A DNA stretch of 64,000 nt from the human T2T-CHM13v2.0 reference genome, Homo sapiens (GCF_009914755.1 NC_060931.1); one strand, 5' to 3'; positions 26,069 through 41,500 are shown, numbered from the stretch's first letter. The notes: generated from the sequence alone by a model not told the origin. A program made the numbers and translations.

Positions 26069-29000
26069 GTCTCTGCAGACCAATTCTGTCCCTCTGAAGC
26101 ACAGGCCACCATCGGACAGTGCTGGCTAACAGCCGCCCTGTGCTGGTGGGCCACGGGGACGCCAGCCCAACACTCCACACACACTTCGTTAGCAGCCACA
26201 AAACATTTCCTAAGAGCGGAAGGGTTTCCGCCATCTGGAATCCTAGACGCCATCCAGCATTTATTGTAAAGCTTCTAATTAAAGCTTTCTCTTCTCGCTC
26301 ACCGCCTGGTAAGTCGAGCTTTACTTTTCTTCTCCACGGTGGGAAACTCGTTACCTGGAGTGTCTTTGGATGTACTTTTAAATTAAAAATGGAGGAAAAG
26401 AGCGTTAGTCAAAATTAGAGCTGAACTGACTGAGTCTCTCTGGACTCCCTCAGAAAGTGGAGATGCCAGCTCCGCCTCCTGCAGAGCTTGGTTGCCAGGG
26501 CTGGGTCAGGCTGCCTGGGCGTTGCCGTCTGACCTGTGCACAGATGTGGCCAGGTGAGGACACAAGCTGTTGTCTCGTTTGCTGTGTGCTGTTCGCAGAC
26601 ACGTCTCACTAGGCGGTTTGCTCAGAACTCCAGAGGACAAGGGTACGTCATTCAGGCCACGGTGCGGCAGACGCACCTGACGGCGGGGACTCAACCACGG
26701 CAAACCCTGAGTAATACCGTGCGGCAGATGCACCTGAGGGTGGGTTCGGAGTTCCAATCTGAGCTATGGAACCTGGGTATGGACAACTGGATAATCCACT
26801 TCTCATTTAAGAGGAACATCTGAGCCCCCGTCCCCGTTCTGTGCACCACAAGCCAAATGGGAGGGAGAGCCTGTGTTCTGGGTTACATGAAGGTTGCCAG
26901 GTGGAGGGTGCTGAGTGGAAATGCTATACATGCCACTTGCCTTTTTCAAGCAGGTGCGTTCTCCTGTCCAGCCGGCCACCACTGCACCCTGCCCCGTATG
27001 AGCCCTCAGTGGAGCCCCATGTCTCGTTTGCTGGCACTAGGCCTCTTCTCAGGCCTCCTGAAGCTGCTGCCAGCCCACAGGAGCCGACAGAGGCTGGGTG
27101 CCGTGTTCAGGCCACTCTCGCTCTTCAGGTCCGGCTGGTGAGCAATTCTCTGGGAGAGAGTGGACACCAGAGGCAGGCAAAGCCACACCTGTGGGTGCAG
27201 GCCACACGCAGGCTGCACAGACCCGGGACAGGTCTGAGCTCTGAGGCGTGCGGCCCATCTCCGCGGCAGGAGCTTCTGTCTGAGCCTGGGGAGGAAAAGC
27301 CTCCACCTCACCAAGCGGCGTCAGCTGGGGAGCCTGGGCCGTGCGCCCTCAAGAAGCCATGGCTGGAGGCCTTTGCTCCAGACATGACCAGCCCCTGCCT
27401 TCCTGGCTCTCTGGCAGGTGGTGAGTCAGCTGACCCAGCTCTAGCGGAAATAAAGTGGGGGCTGGGGGAGGGGCCGTCTGTGAAATGTCCCCAGCCGGAG
27501 CCCCTCACTGTCCCCTCTGCCTCCCTGCCTCCCGGCCTCCACAGGGGCTTCTTGTGGTTAAAAAAAAAAACAAAACAAAACCCTTTCTGAGCACTTTACC
27601 CATCTCGCCCACAGGCAGAGACGACACCCCGAAAGGACAGCTGCGTCTACATCCATCAGCAAGTCTCCCGGGAACGGCTGAGGGGCAGAGATGGGAGAGG
27701 CCACAGACGCAGGCACAGAGCCCCGTGCACCCCTGCTCCTGGCCTAGGCGGGGTCTGCAAAGGCCCTTCCACCGCAGGCACAGCCCGTCAGGGAGGCTCA
27801 CGGTCCACTCAGAAGGACACAGCCCGTTTCAGGGAACACAGGCCCAGGCGGCCCTGCCACAGGCTCCCAGTGTCATGGTGGCCCCTGAGGTGACACGTGC
27901 GCCACGAGGGCAGGCGTGTACGTGCGCACACTCCCGCAGACTCTGCTCTCGCACACACCCAGGCTGCGTTGCTGGGAAACGTCAGCTGCTGCGGTTGGTC
28001 TGTCTGATTTCTGCCATTGTCTGGTGGGTGGAGGATGGAGCCTGGGAACAAGGGTTAAAAAGCCAAAGGCACGCAGAACAAACGCCCTGGACGCTGGTGT
28101 GCTGCTGAGCCCAGGTACTGGGGTGGACTCCACCTGAAACCTACTGCCAGAAGTCAGCTGCTGGGAGTCCCCAGAGGGGCCCAGCTACTCTCAGAGCAGG
28201 CGCGTGCGGCGTCGGACCAGGGGCTGGCTCTGTAGAATGTGAGCATCTGCCAACTGAGCCTCTGAACATGACACAGTGAGCGGCTCCTTACACAGAGCCC
28301 CTTCCTTCCTGCTCCCGCCCCTTCCCCGGCTATTCCTGAACAACTTCTAGAGCTCTGCACCTTCAGCCTCCTGTCTGATTCTCGCCGGGATCAGCCTTCG
28401 CGCAGCCGCCCAGGTTCCTTGCAGGGTGGACCGTCCCGTGTCCCAGCACCGGGCCCTGCCCACGGCGTGCCTCCTGAGAGGGCCCACTCAGCACGGCCAC
28501 GGCAGCCTGAACTCCCAGCCTTGGTATCCACGCAGCCCGCAGCTCTCTGCAATGAGGGGCCGGCCGCAGGCCCAGGGAGATGTCAGCTGCCCCAGGCAAT
28601 CACAAGCAAGGAGGTGCGCGTCACGGACACAGCACGAAGCCCTGCTCGGCCTCCAGAAAACGAGGCTCGCTCCTGAGTCTCGGCTCGCTGGGCCACCGTC
28701 ACCCTGCTCTCTGGTTCAAGAGGCAGCGGCCAGGCCAGCCGAGCCAGGAACAAGCTGCAGTGCCTTGGCAGCGTGTGAAATGCAGAAGGTCTTGCCCATA
28801 GAAGTCATCACAGCAGAGCGCTCTCCCCACAGGGGCTGGGCAGCATGTCCGCTGACCACAGACCTGGCTTTGGGGCACGTGCACCACCCATGTTAACCAT
28901 CCAGAGCTACAGGCAACAGCCCAGTGCCAAGTGCAGCCAGCCAGAAAAGAAAAACACACAAAAAAACGGCAAAACACAAACTCCGTCCAAAGTCCACCCA

Positions 29001-29384
29001 CGAGCAAAGCCAACCGCATTATTCAGAGCTGCGTGCCCAGCACACGGCTCTAGAGAGAAGCGAGGAGCTGGGCCCAGAGGCAGTGGCAGTTCCCTTCTCC
29101 ACCGCGCAGTCCCACTAAAGCTGCGGGCAGCTCTTGATTTGTGTATCTTACAAGAAGAAGAGGAGGGGGAGAAGAAGGGAAAAGTCGGCGTCTGCAGCCA
29201 CACTCAAGTTCTTCCGCTCATCCACGACTGTGAAGCTCACAGCTCCGGCCACGCTGGCGTTCAACACCAGGTCACTGTCACTTCCACAGGGGACGGTCTT
29301 GCTTCTTTGGTAAAACCAAAGGAGTGTTTCAAACCATGCCCACCTTCCATTCACCTGTTTTTAAAATTTTTTTTTTTTTTCAGA

Positions 29385-29640
29385 GCAGGAGCGGACGTTT
29401 ATTAAAAAGCTTTAAGAGAGAAAGGAAGGTGCACTCGGAAGAGAACCCAGCGGGCGACCTGGAGAACAGATGACCCACTGAACTGTGATCCTGCGCCCCT
29501 TTCCGTGAGGGTGGGCCGCCCGCAGGCACGGTGCCCGCCTCACCCTTGGGAAGTGAGCACGTGTGCTGGGATTGGGAAGTTGCACACGGGCAAGAAAGCA
29601 AGCACGGCGTCAGCAACATCAGACACAGAATCAGGGGCTT
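29385..29640. mobile_element. Possible ERV1 (MER4-group) LTR fragment
   Basis: gtttattaaaaagc..gaaaggaaggtgcactcggaagagaacccagcgggcgacc resembles MER4-group LTR text; family not resolved. Confidence 0.4.
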
Positions 29641-30384
29641 CAGTAAGAAAAAGGACAGCAGCTCTTCCTTGCAGGAAAATAGAGTCTGGAGGAAAAATGC
29701 CCCGTCCCCTGCAGCAGCTTGAACAGAAACACTGTACAGGGAGGTGGGCACACCAGGGAGCGGGAAGAGAGAGACACTCTGTTGCCGTCTAGACCCCGAC
29801 CCCTTACCCGTGACACGGAGCCCACCACATGTCTGAGAGCAGACCTCTGCAGCGTGCGGGCCGGGGTCTGGATGGGGTCTCCCGGGCCCTCCTCCCTGGC
29901 AGCCCCGTCCGGGAGGCGCGGGTGCAGCCAGTTCACACATAAACGGTGTGGAACATCGCAGGCCACAGGGAAAGGCGTTTACGTGGCTATCCAAACTAAA
30001 CCTCCTCCCACGCCCCACCCTGTGGTAAAAGACAAGTGTGCATGCTGGGCAAGGACGAAAGCTTCATCCCCTGGGCTGAGATTGTCGGGTGAAAGCGTCA
30101 AAGTGGAAGTGGCTACTGGAGAAAAACCCTCGCGCAGGGAGGCACAGTCATTCGGCTTCTTTAAGGAAAACCCCAGCTATCAGGCGCTATGCACACAACA
30201 GTCGTTAGAATGACCTTACACCCCACAAAACACACAGTCCTCTTGGAGGTGTATCTGCAGCTGAGGAGGCTGTCACCACACGAATTAGCCCTTATTTGTA
30301 TTTCCATTTCCCAAGTTCAACTGTATCAGGAGACATTGGCTGATGAAACTGTTGACAAAGCCAGACTTCCTGCTACAAAGCCTG

Positions 30385-30467
30385 ACTTCAGAAATTCAGA
30401 CCACGCTTTCATTATGATCAAATTTAAACCCAACTTCAGAAATTCAGACCACGCTTTCATTATGATC
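30385..30467. repeat. 48-bp tandem duplication
   Basis: acttcagaaattcagaccacgctttcattatgatc at 30385 and 30433. Confidence 0.9.
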
Positions 30468-31074
30468 GAGTTTAAACAAAACCAACAGCGACGTCCCCAC
30501 CCTGCACAGGAGAGGGCTGTGCTCCGTCTCCCGTGTACTCTCATGGCATCTCCCCAGCCCCTGAGACGGGTCTGCGGTTGTCCCCACTTCACGGTGAGAC
30601 ACAAGTGTGCAGAGGGTGCCCAACCCGGAACTAGCTTGGGGGTGGGCTCCCAAGGACCAGGCAGCGTGGAGAGCACCCGGTGGGGCAGGGGAGAGCTGGA
30701 AGGATGGAAGGAACCCTGGCCTGAACGGCCCACAGCAGCGCTGGCCCCTGCCCAGGGAGTAAGTTCCCACCAAACTCCAAGCTCTGTGCTTTGGGATCTC
30801 GGTGCCACCTAAGCACCAGCCCCGTGCTAGCACCCACCAGGCTCTGCCATGGCACCCACAGGTTTCGCCCCATCTGGTTACCATCTCACACTGCCAGGCG
30901 GGACCAAAGTACCTGGGTTGAGGTGGCAGCTATGCTGAGTCCTGAACCGTGGGCAGGGCTCTGTCAGGCCACAAAGGCTCTGGAGAAGGCCAACCTCCAC
31001 TGTCAGCACCGAGGCAAGGGCCTCAACACTGGATTTATTTACCAGCCTTTAAAAGCATCATCCGCCATGCATGC

Positions 31075-31200
31075 AGTGGCCCGGGAGGCTGAGGCGGGAG
31101 GGTTGCTGGGCCCAGGACTTCGAGGCTGCAGTGAGCTATGATCATGCCTGTGAATAGTGACTGCACTCCAGCCTGGGAAACAGCGAGACCCATCTCTAAT
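31075..31200 (+). mobile_element. Alu monomer fragment (FAM/FRAM-like)
   Basis: gggaggctgaggcgggagg...ggctgcagtgagctatgatc...ctgcactccagcctggg. Confidence 0.75.
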
Positions 31201-32404
31201 GCATTCACGTCATCTATGAGCAGCAAATGAAAGCTCAGACACCTGAGAGGCCGGTGGCTCCAAGGTGCTGCACACCCTGACGCCCGCATGTCAGTACTGC
31301 AGCTCCGGGCAAATCACAGCAGAGCTTTCCTCCAGGTCAGCGCAACTGTGTTCCCGAGGGGCCCATGCAGCTTACGTGGAAAGGCCACCCCGTGCCACTC
31401 AGAATTACCAGGAGCGCAGCAAGTTTAAACTAGACACTGTTTATGCGCCTGACAGCAGGAGACGTGAGCCGGGTGCCTGGGAAAACCATCTTCAAAGCAA
31501 CAACTGTTTTCCCAGCTGTGAATGCTCCATCCTGGGAAATCTGCTCATACCACTACAAAAATAATTTTGAAAAGACCGTACAAATATGCAGCCTCATCTG
31601 TCCATTCTGGTACTTTAGACCCAAAACTGAAGAACTTTCTGGAGCACACTATCCGCTTAGCCAGTGACTAATATTCTTTATAAACATGAGTGAATGTTAT
31701 AATGAAATAAGCTTCCTTGAATAAATGTGATGTTAGTTCACTTAACTGAGAACAGTAAGTTCAGAGGCTTCCTTTGAACAGTCAGGAAGTGGAGATAATC
31801 GCAGTAGAAGAGAGGGACAGACAGGAAGACTACTCTTCTGCACTCTCTATTTTCTTACTATGTATCGCAATTTTATAAAAGAAAAATAGTTGTCATGAAG
31901 GAAGAGGTGTTACAATCCTGGGTAAAAGGGCCAGGGCAGGAGCATGGACAAGCCACAGGCTCTGGGCACCTCTGGAATAAAATCTCACTTCAGCTTAAAA
32001 TACCAAACGTATACTGTGACCAGCAATTTCAATATGGTGACCAACTGACATGCCCTTCGAACGCCAAGAAGACAACAGCCCCAGAAACAGCTTCAGTCAG
32101 GAGACCCAGGGTGCTGGCCCGGTTCTGCCACCGGCCGGCTGTGGAACAGGCTTCTGGAGCCCGAGGGTGACGCCCCAGCCTCTAAGAGCAGGTGCTTGAG
32201 AACAACAGGGGCTGCCTCATGGGGTGGCCTGTGGTTCAGTCTCAAAAGCAGCAAAGGAATCAATGAACTGTGAGACGCTGATCGTTACTCACTCCACAGA
32301 TTACTGTGGTGACACTATGTGCAAAACCAGGAGGCCAGCCATGCTTTTAAAAATACTTAGAAAAAAAAATTACAAGCATGTGAAAATGTACCAAATATTT
32401 CTCT

Positions 32405-32568
32405 TTATTTTATTCATATTTTAAGACGAAGTCTCACTCTGTCGCCCAGGCTGGAAGGCAGCGGTGTGATCTCGGCTCACTGCAACCTCCGCCTCACGGG
32501 TTCAGGCAATTCTCCTGCCTCAGCCTCCTGAGTAGCTGAGATTACAGGCGCACGCCACGCTTGGCTAA
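32405..32568 (-). mobile_element. Alu right-arm fragment
   Basis: gtctcactctgtcgcccaggctgg...gattacaggcg. Confidence 0.85.
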
Positions 32569-34521
32569 CATTTCTCTTTCTAAATGTTTTCATGTTTTCT
32601 GTATTTTTCATAATGGGTGTGTTTTACTTTTAAAAAGAGGAGGAAAAGGCTTTGTTTTTAAAATTAAATTAAGAATGATATTAAAAGACCATGTATAAAT
32701 CAAATCTATGCTGAGAGTTCGGCCGTGTCAGAAAGACGCGTCCATATCACAGGAACAGAGAGGAGCACACGGAGGGGAGAGGAGAGAGGTGAAGGGGCAG
32801 AGGGAGTTGCTTTCCTTGCTCAACTTTTCCTTGTATGATTTCGATGCTGTTTATTTAGGAAACGAACGGGAAATGCAGAGTGTTTCCAAGGCATGCATCA
32901 TGCAGATGCTGCAGAAGTAGCTTCTACCCGCTGCTCACCGCTCCCATCCTCGAGTCCCGCACACTGCCCGGCCGAGCACTCAGCTGTCGGGCTCTGCCAG
33001 CCACGCGGACTCTCCACATGCGGATGCCACCACCAACTTGCCCAACAGAGACAGCCACCTGGTCCCTGCACAGACTCAAGGGTGTGTGTGTCTGGGCATC
33101 AGAGGGCCATCCAGACCCAGCCAGAGCGAAACCCCAGAGACACGTCCTTCCAGCGCTTCTGAGGGCCCCTGTGTTCTGGGTGCCGTGTGGGGGAGAGGAC
33201 AGAGCCAAGAGAGGCCAGGACAGCGTGGCAGGGAGAGGATGCAGGAGGGGATCAACGTGGAGAGGGGCAGGCAGGGGCCAGACTCAGGCTGGAGGGGCCG
33301 AGAGCTTCCACAGAGTCTGCTGGCAGCATAGATGGATTGACACGTCAGGAGGAGCCCGGCCCACATGAGCAAAAAGGCAGGCAGGCGGGAGAACAGGTGC
33401 AGCCTGGTGAGGGTGACGGGCCTGGGGCAGGCAGAAGGGCCCCACTCAGGGTGTATTTCAAAGGTAGACAAGACAGGGCTTACTGGCTGTGGGGTGCGGC
33501 CAGAAAAGAAACCAGAGAAGATGCCGGTGCTGCCGGAGGGAATCCCTGGCTGTGCTCCCAGCTCCCAAAAGACCAACTGACCTCAAGTCTGAATCTGCCG
33601 CCCCCTTCCCTCCGTGCTGTTTCTGCAGTGGCGAAGGGCAGCTGGGCCAGGTGAACACACAAAGAGGAAGCCAAACCGTGGTGCAGAGCCAGGCCGGACA
33701 GAGGGATGTGGCTCCCTGCCCACCGTGACCACGGCCAGGAGCCCCCAACAGCAGGTCCTGCTGGGACTGCACCAGGCCACGGGGAAGCGCAGCCCTGCCA
33801 GCACCAGCCTCCTTGCCTGCCCGCCCAGCATCAGCTCTGCCTGGAAGGAACGCAGACTCGACTCCGGGAAGGAAGGAAGCTCAAATGCTCTGTACTGCAG
33901 GACCATGAAGAGAAGCGAGGAAGGGAAAGAGCCACAGAGGAAGCCATGTGTCCATGTGCACTGTGAGCAAGGCCAACACCCACCCGGAAAAACTGCCGCT
34001 TAGCCCTGTCTGCAACCCACTATCCCCAAGCTCAGTGGGCACTCCACAGCCCGCCTAGGAATGGGAGAGAGCCCATGATGCGCTCACAGACACCCAGCTA
34101 TGCACGGGTCAACAAATACGGTCCCATCTGCAAAAAAGAGAGAAAACTGCCATTTACCAAGAACCCACTACACAGAAGCCAGTGACTGTGGAACCACCAA
34201 CAGACATGACTCTGCCTCCTGCTTCTTAACCCAGGGAAGCTGGTAGCTTCTTCCCACTCTACAGAGAATAAGACCATGAGATGAAGGTTCTGTCTCCCAA
34301 TCACAGAATTCGCCGTGGCTTCCAACACCATGCTGCCCACAAGCTGCAAAGCACATGCCAAAAGCTCAGTCAACAAGACAGAACTACTGGACAGGGCTCT
34401 GAACTCTTTTTGACAATCTTATGAACACTAGGGGTTCTCTCCCCACAACTGTACCACCGTGACGTACAGTCTGCAAGTTCTTCCCTGAATCCCACCAGTG
34501 GCCTGCAGGGAAGACCTTCCT

Positions 34522-35210
34522 GCACTGGAGCCCCACGCCCCGGGAGGAAGCAGAGGAGGGCTGTGTCCCACACTGGAGTCCCGCACCCCTGGAGGAAGCA
34601 GAGGAGGGCTGTGTCCCACACTGGAGACCCGCACCCCGGGAGGAAGCAGAGGAGGGCTGTGTCCCACACTGGAGACCCGCACCCCGGGAGGAAGCAGAGG
34701 AGGGCTGTGTCCCACACTGGAGACCCGCACCCCGGGAGGAAGCAGAGGGGGGCTGTGTCCCGCACTGGAGTCCCGCACCCCGGGAGGAAGCAGAGGGGGG
34801 CTGTGTCCCGCACTGGAGTCCCGCACCCCGGGGGGAAGCAGAGGGGGGCTGTGTCCCGCACTGGAGTCCCGCACCCCGGGGGGAAGCAGAGGGGGGCTGT
34901 GTCCCGCACTGGAGTCCCGCACCCCGGGGGGAAGCAGAGGGGGGCTGTGTCCCGCACTGGAGTCCCGCACCCCGGGGGGAAGCAGAGGGGGGCTGTGTCC
35001 CGCACTGGAGTCCCGCACCCCGGGGGGAAGCAGAGGAGGGCTGTGTCCCGCACTGGAGTCCCGCACCCCGGGGGGAAGCAGGGGAGGGCTGTGTCCCACA
35101 CTGGAGTCCCGCGCCCCGGGAGGAAGCAGAGGGGGGCTGTGTCCCGCACCCCGGGGGGAAGCAGAGGGGGGCTGTGTCCCGCGCTCTGCGGGGAAGCAGA
35201 GGGGGGCTGC
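34522..35210. repeat. 48-bp GC-rich VNTR, ~14 copies
   Basis: Unit cactggagtcccgcaccccgggaggaagcagaggggggctgtgtcccg; gives 16-aa periodicity in the ORF track. Confidence 0.97.
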
Positions 35211-35684
35211 TCTCCTTGGCGGGCCCTGTGGGCAGCTTTGCACCTATCTGCTGCGGACTCCACGAATCTCACGGCCCAAACGCACGGGTGTGCTGACTTG
35301 TCAACTGGGGGTTCCCATGAGGCGGGGGCAGTGCAAATCTGCCTGGGGTTCTGATTCTGTGCGGATGGCTTTCTATCCACCCCAGCTTCCCTGCCATGTG
35401 TCTCCGCCAGCTAAAAGGATTTTGTACCTCCCATTTTAAGGACAAGTGGCTCTCGGCTAGGAGGGCAGTTGAGTTCCACTCTCTGCCGCCTGAGTGTCTG
35501 AGATCACCCGGGTTGCCGTGTCACTGCTGACACACACGCCCCTACCGTGTGCACCCGCTTTGATGCCGATGGGGGCCATCCAGTGTGCACCCCCCTCACT
35601 GGAGCGGCTGCTGGGTCTCTTCTTTACCACCTGCTTTTGAATTAACTATGCTAGAAAATTCGGCTGTGATATTTCTCCCAGGCA

Positions 35685-35972
35685 TTTTTTTTTTTTTTTT
35701 TTGAGACGGAGTCTCGCTCTGTCGCCCAGGCTGGAGTGCAGTGCTGCAAACTCGGCTCACTGCAACTCTGCTTCCCAGGTTCAAGCGATTCTCCTGCCTC
35801 AGCCTCCCAAGTAGCTGGGATCACAGGCGCCCCACCATCACACCCAGCTCATTTTTCTATTTTTTGTAGAGACAGGGTTTCAACATGTTGGCCAGACTGG
35901 TCTCAAATTCCTGACCTCAGGTGATCCACCCGCCACAGCCTCCCAAAGTGCTCGGAGCCACCACGCCCAGCC
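35685..35972 (-). mobile_element. AluS-like
   Basis: Poly(T) plus reverse Alu dimer. Confidence 0.92.
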
Positions 35973-36399
35973 TCTTCCAGTATTTTTATGTGTGTGAGGC
36001 AGAAGGGACGATTTCCCATGTTGACCAATCCACCATATTGACAGAAGTTCCATATATCTGCATTACCTAAACTTTCATGACAAGCATGTATTTGTTTTAA
36101 ACAATTTTAAAATACCTTAATCCAATAAAAGAATTAAGACTCTTCAAGTGGTCCTAATCCCAACAGGCTGAAAACCACCGGCCTGAAGATCACCTTGGGA
36201 ATCCAGCCGACACGCGTGGCCCCTGAGGCCCCCCATTCCTGCGTGGTTCCTAAAAGCATATAAAAAACTCTTTCACTGCTCATTTTCGTAAAGGCTACAG
36301 TGTAACACTCCATTTCACTTGCAGCTCAGCACGCAGTCGCTCCACACCCTGGGGTGCGGTGAGTTTAGTCTGCAGGTGCGAACACGGAACAGGTGGACA

Positions 36400-36560
36400 T
36401 GCCCTCCCCACTCACCTCTGCGTGGGCGACGGAGCCTTTCCCGCCCGCCGGGCCCTCCCCACTCACCCCTCCATGGCCAGCAGGGCCCTTCCCCTCCCCC
36501 GCCGGGCCCTCCCCACTCACCCCTCCGTGGGCAGCGGAGCCCTTCCCGCCCGCCGGGCCC
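36400..36560. repeat. ~50-bp degenerate repeat, 3 copies, at the start of an intragenic CpG-rich segment (36300-37460)
   Basis: gggccctccccactcacccctcc... recurs. Confidence 0.8.
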
Positions 36561-37719
36561 TGGGGCAGCACAGCTTCCCGATTCCCACGTGCCTCTGCGT
36601 CTCGGCGCCACGGGTGACTTTCGGTCCAGATGCCAGCAAAGACATCTCTCTGTCTACCAGGCAACCACCTCCATCCTCACCTCCTCACGGGCAGACTCTA
36701 ACTACCTCCGCTCTCTCCACAAATGCCAGTGCGAGCGCAGCCTCGCCGGGCCGTGGGCTGCGTCCAGGGCTACAGTAATGAGCCGGAGGGCAGCGTGGGG
36801 AGGACACCAATGCCGGCACCTTCTCCCGGGCCCTCCACGCCCAGACACGGAGGCTACGCAAATCTGCCCCAAGCGCAGAGGCGAGCGGGTGCCCACAGGA
36901 GACAGAGGACCTCGCGCCGGCCGAGGCAGGGCTCAGTCCGTGGAAGAGCTCTGGCGGCACCAGCGCATGTGGTAGCAAAATCCCCACGCAGCCGCTCCTA
37001 GCTTCCCGCCAGAATACCTCGAGATGCCAGGAAGGAAAGCGCACACACCACCACAAAAGCTAAGCTAAACAATCCGCTGTGAAAATCAGGGAGGCACGTC
37101 CTCCGACGACAAGGATGCCGAGCAGGGCTTCCATCTTCATGGTGCGGCTCCGAGAGGAAAAGCCAGCCACCAAAGACCCTTCACCCCTCTCCCCGCGCCG
37201 GCACCTCCCGGGCCAAGGTCTCCAAATCTAACGGAGGCTGGGAAGGGCCCCTCAGTGCGAAGGCACGGCCGCCTGGGCAGCCTGAGCGCTCTTCCCGCGC
37301 CTCCCGCCACGTCTTCCCATGGCTCCCGTGGGGCAGAGCGGGAGCGGGTGTCGGGGGTTTGGGGAGATCCACCATGGGGCCGCATCCCGAGGGAGCAGAC
37401 CGGGACACGGGCCTCGCGGGGCCTGTGCGGCCACAGCGCTGTGGGGCGTGGGAGGCCGCTGTCTGTGTAGGGCAAAAGCCATAAACACAAACAGCCCAAC
37501 TGGAAAAATATTTGAAACATGAAGGATAGATAAAGGCTCTTAGTTTAAGAAGTGTGTTTGCAAATCAGTACAGAAAAGATAAATTACAATAGAAGTGGTT
37601 AAAAAAAAAAAAGCAAAAACCACACACAGGCAATTCACAAAAAAAAACCAAATGACCAATATGTACATGGAAAATGACCATCAACCGTAATCTAAGAAGC
37701 TGAAATTAAAGCAATCACG

Positions 37720-38599
<880 letters not shown>

Positions 38600-41500
38600 G
38601 TTGCAGTTTCCAAGGGCCTCGGGGCGGGTGACACTGAGTGAGGACTCGCTGTGGATGGAAAAGCAAACATGCCCACTGCAGAAATCCTCAGCACACGCGG
38701 CTGCTACAGACGTTAACCACGGCGTCATTTCACGGTGGCAGAATCAGTCTTTCTGGTTTCTTCCATAAATTTCTCTGTATTTTCTAATTTCTTTTACATT
38801 AATCATGTGTAACTCAGGAAAAATAATACACATTACTTTTTTAAAATTACATTTTGCTGAGTTCTTTTCTGTTGACCACAAAGAAGCAGCGCTGGCAAAC
38901 ATCTGGGCTGATCACAGCAGCAATGACAGCATTAGATGGAAATTCCACTGACATGGAAACAGTGGGCTTTCTGGAATATGGGGAAGTGGATCCTGTTTTC
39001 TTTGGCCCAGAATGAGGATGGTCAGATCTCCATGGCATTGAGGAAGGCCGGCGAGCCTCCAGTTTCTCAGCAGTTCTTTGGATCTGACCAGCAGGCTGAG
39101 AAAGCCCAGCTTAGAGATGAGAGAGGCCGGCCGGGAGCCCAGTGCCAGCTAACAGCTCACCTGCCCTGCGGCCCGGCCTCCACCTGCTCACTCTGAGAGA
39201 CGCCTGGCAAGGTGGCTGGGACGGCTACCCCCAAAAGGCTCCTGGAGAAAGAGACCACAGGAGTGCCCCACACAGACAGGGTGAACGAGCCTCCTCGGAC
39301 AGGAACACCGTGGATGGCCCCACATGAAGCCAGGAAAGTCCCACGGAACCTGGCAGCTTCCAGCAACGATTGGGCCAATAGCACATATCACGAGCCTTGG
39401 AAAAGCAAACGAGCTTTAATTCTGCTTCTCCTAATTCCTAGGACATTAATCGGCTGTCCTCTTCGAAACGGGAGTGCTGTGATCCAAATGGCTAAAAAAA
39501 AAAAAAAAAAAGAAAAAGCGATCACACCATGTGCCAGTGAGGGTGCGGGGTCCGGCCTCAGCTGTGCTTGCAGTGCGAACGCAAAACGGCACGGCCACTC
39601 TGGAGAAGCGCAGCGGCTTCGTAAACATCTAAACATGCATGCACCATGCAACCCGGCAGCCACGTCCTGGGCACTTACCCCAGAGCGATGGAAATGTATG
39701 CTCAGGCATATTTACAGAGCTTTACTCACAAAAGCCAAAGCCCAGAGATCCAAATGTTCTTTGCACTGTGGATGAATAAGGGTCTATAAAGCAGCAGCAC
39801 CAGGAGCCATGCAGTGCAGGATCCTCCTGTATCTTGACCGCCACAGTGGTGGTTACAGGAAGCTATGCACCTGGAAAAACTGCAGGGCGCACACACACGC
39901 ACACACCCGCACGTACAACCGTGGACTCTGGACGAGCTCTGTGCGAGGCATCCACGTCGATGTCCTGGGGAAGCCAGGCCACACAGGCCCCTCATGCTTT
40001 TTTTTTTTTTAATTTACTAAGAATCTACCGTTATTTTAAACATAAACTTGCTTTAAGAGAAAGTGCGAGTGAGCGCCCTGATGGCACTGGCTTGCTGAGT
40101 ACTGTGTTTTCACACTGTCCCCCAGCAACCAATGCCCTGAAAGCCAGGAGTGCCCGCTCCCAGAAGGCGCCGCCCGGGCAGCAGCAGCTGCTCCTGTTCT
40201 CTGCAGGCTGGTGCTGTTCCTGTTCGGAGCAGGTGTGCGACCCACATGGCAGGGGCACGGACTTGCTTCGACCGTCCACACTGAGAAGATTCCGTAAGCA
40301 TCACGAGGTGCTGATGGGTCACCACGCCCCACAGGATGCAGAACAGCTGGAATCGGATGGCAGCGCTGGGCAGGGACTCGGAGCTCATCTACTTCACATC
40401 TCACGCTCCACAGGACTCCTTCCCGGGCGGCCCTTACGACACCCACCTCGTCCCAGCCCGAGCATTTCCCAGGACAGACTCATTACCTCCTCTTAGACAG
40501 CACTGATTTTCCGACAGCGTGCCTCATCCCAAGCCACCACCTGTGCCTGTAATTCCTACCCGCGGGTGCCAGCTCTGACTGCCAGGCAAGGAGCGGTGCA
40601 GAAACTCTGAGCCATGGCAGGCTTCGAGGGGCAAAGGGGCTCCAGGACCCGGCCTGGACGGCAGGAGGCCACGCTCTGCTCCGGGGCTCTTCTCAAACTT
40701 GTCTCCAGGGAGCGAATGGAGAGGCCCGAGCTCAGAAAGAAGTACAAACCTCTCAGTGGCTCAACTTCCCGTCGACATAGATACTAATTTTATATTTCAA
40801 GTTAAATGTCCTCTTGTTGCTCACTGATGCCCTATTCTTCTCCTAATTAACCCGCAGTGCAGCGGTGCCCATGGCAAGCTTTCCCACTGTAGCAAGGACA
40901 CGGCCCTGATCATTTCCCACAATAAACCCAGAGTCCTGCCAACTTCCCAAGGGGTGCAGGCCAGACTGTGCGGCCACTGGCCCATACAAGGGCCGGGCTG
41001 TTCCTTACTCAAAGTGCAACCACTGGGCCTCTTCCACGTGGTAGGAGACGCAGAACTGGAGGCAGAAAGACCTGCTGCCTAAGTGCCACGATCTGTCAGG
41101 GCAGAGGCCGCCCGCAGCTGGGGAGTGACCTCAGACGCAGGTCCTAAGCTGCAGGTTAAAGAGGCAAATGCGCCCCTGTCACCAGCGTGAATTGTGGTGA
41201 GCCTGGAGAAGTGCTGTTTCTGCCTTGGTTGGACTCGATGTTTAGACTCGGAGAATGAAACTTCAGCCCCCTGGTCAAGTCCCCGGCAGCCTCTGTGGGT
41301 AAATCAGCTTTGGTTGGACACGGCTGCCCCCGCTCGGCCGCTCATGGCCTAACGCTGCTCCTGCTCCACAGGCCGTGATGGGCGCGGGGCCCAAGGGCTA
41401 CCCCCTTCCCCAGCTGGCCTTTACGGAAGGACTGAGGCCAGCTCTCCCATGGGTGAGGGAAAGAGATGGTGATCAGGAACACCAGCAAACCAGGGCTGAC

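Noticed and set aside
26841-30812. Cluster of 200-250 aa ORFs
   Set aside because: Low-complexity Pro/Gly/Arg/Ser composition, overlapping on both strands and mostly non-ATG starts; typical of GC-rich intron.
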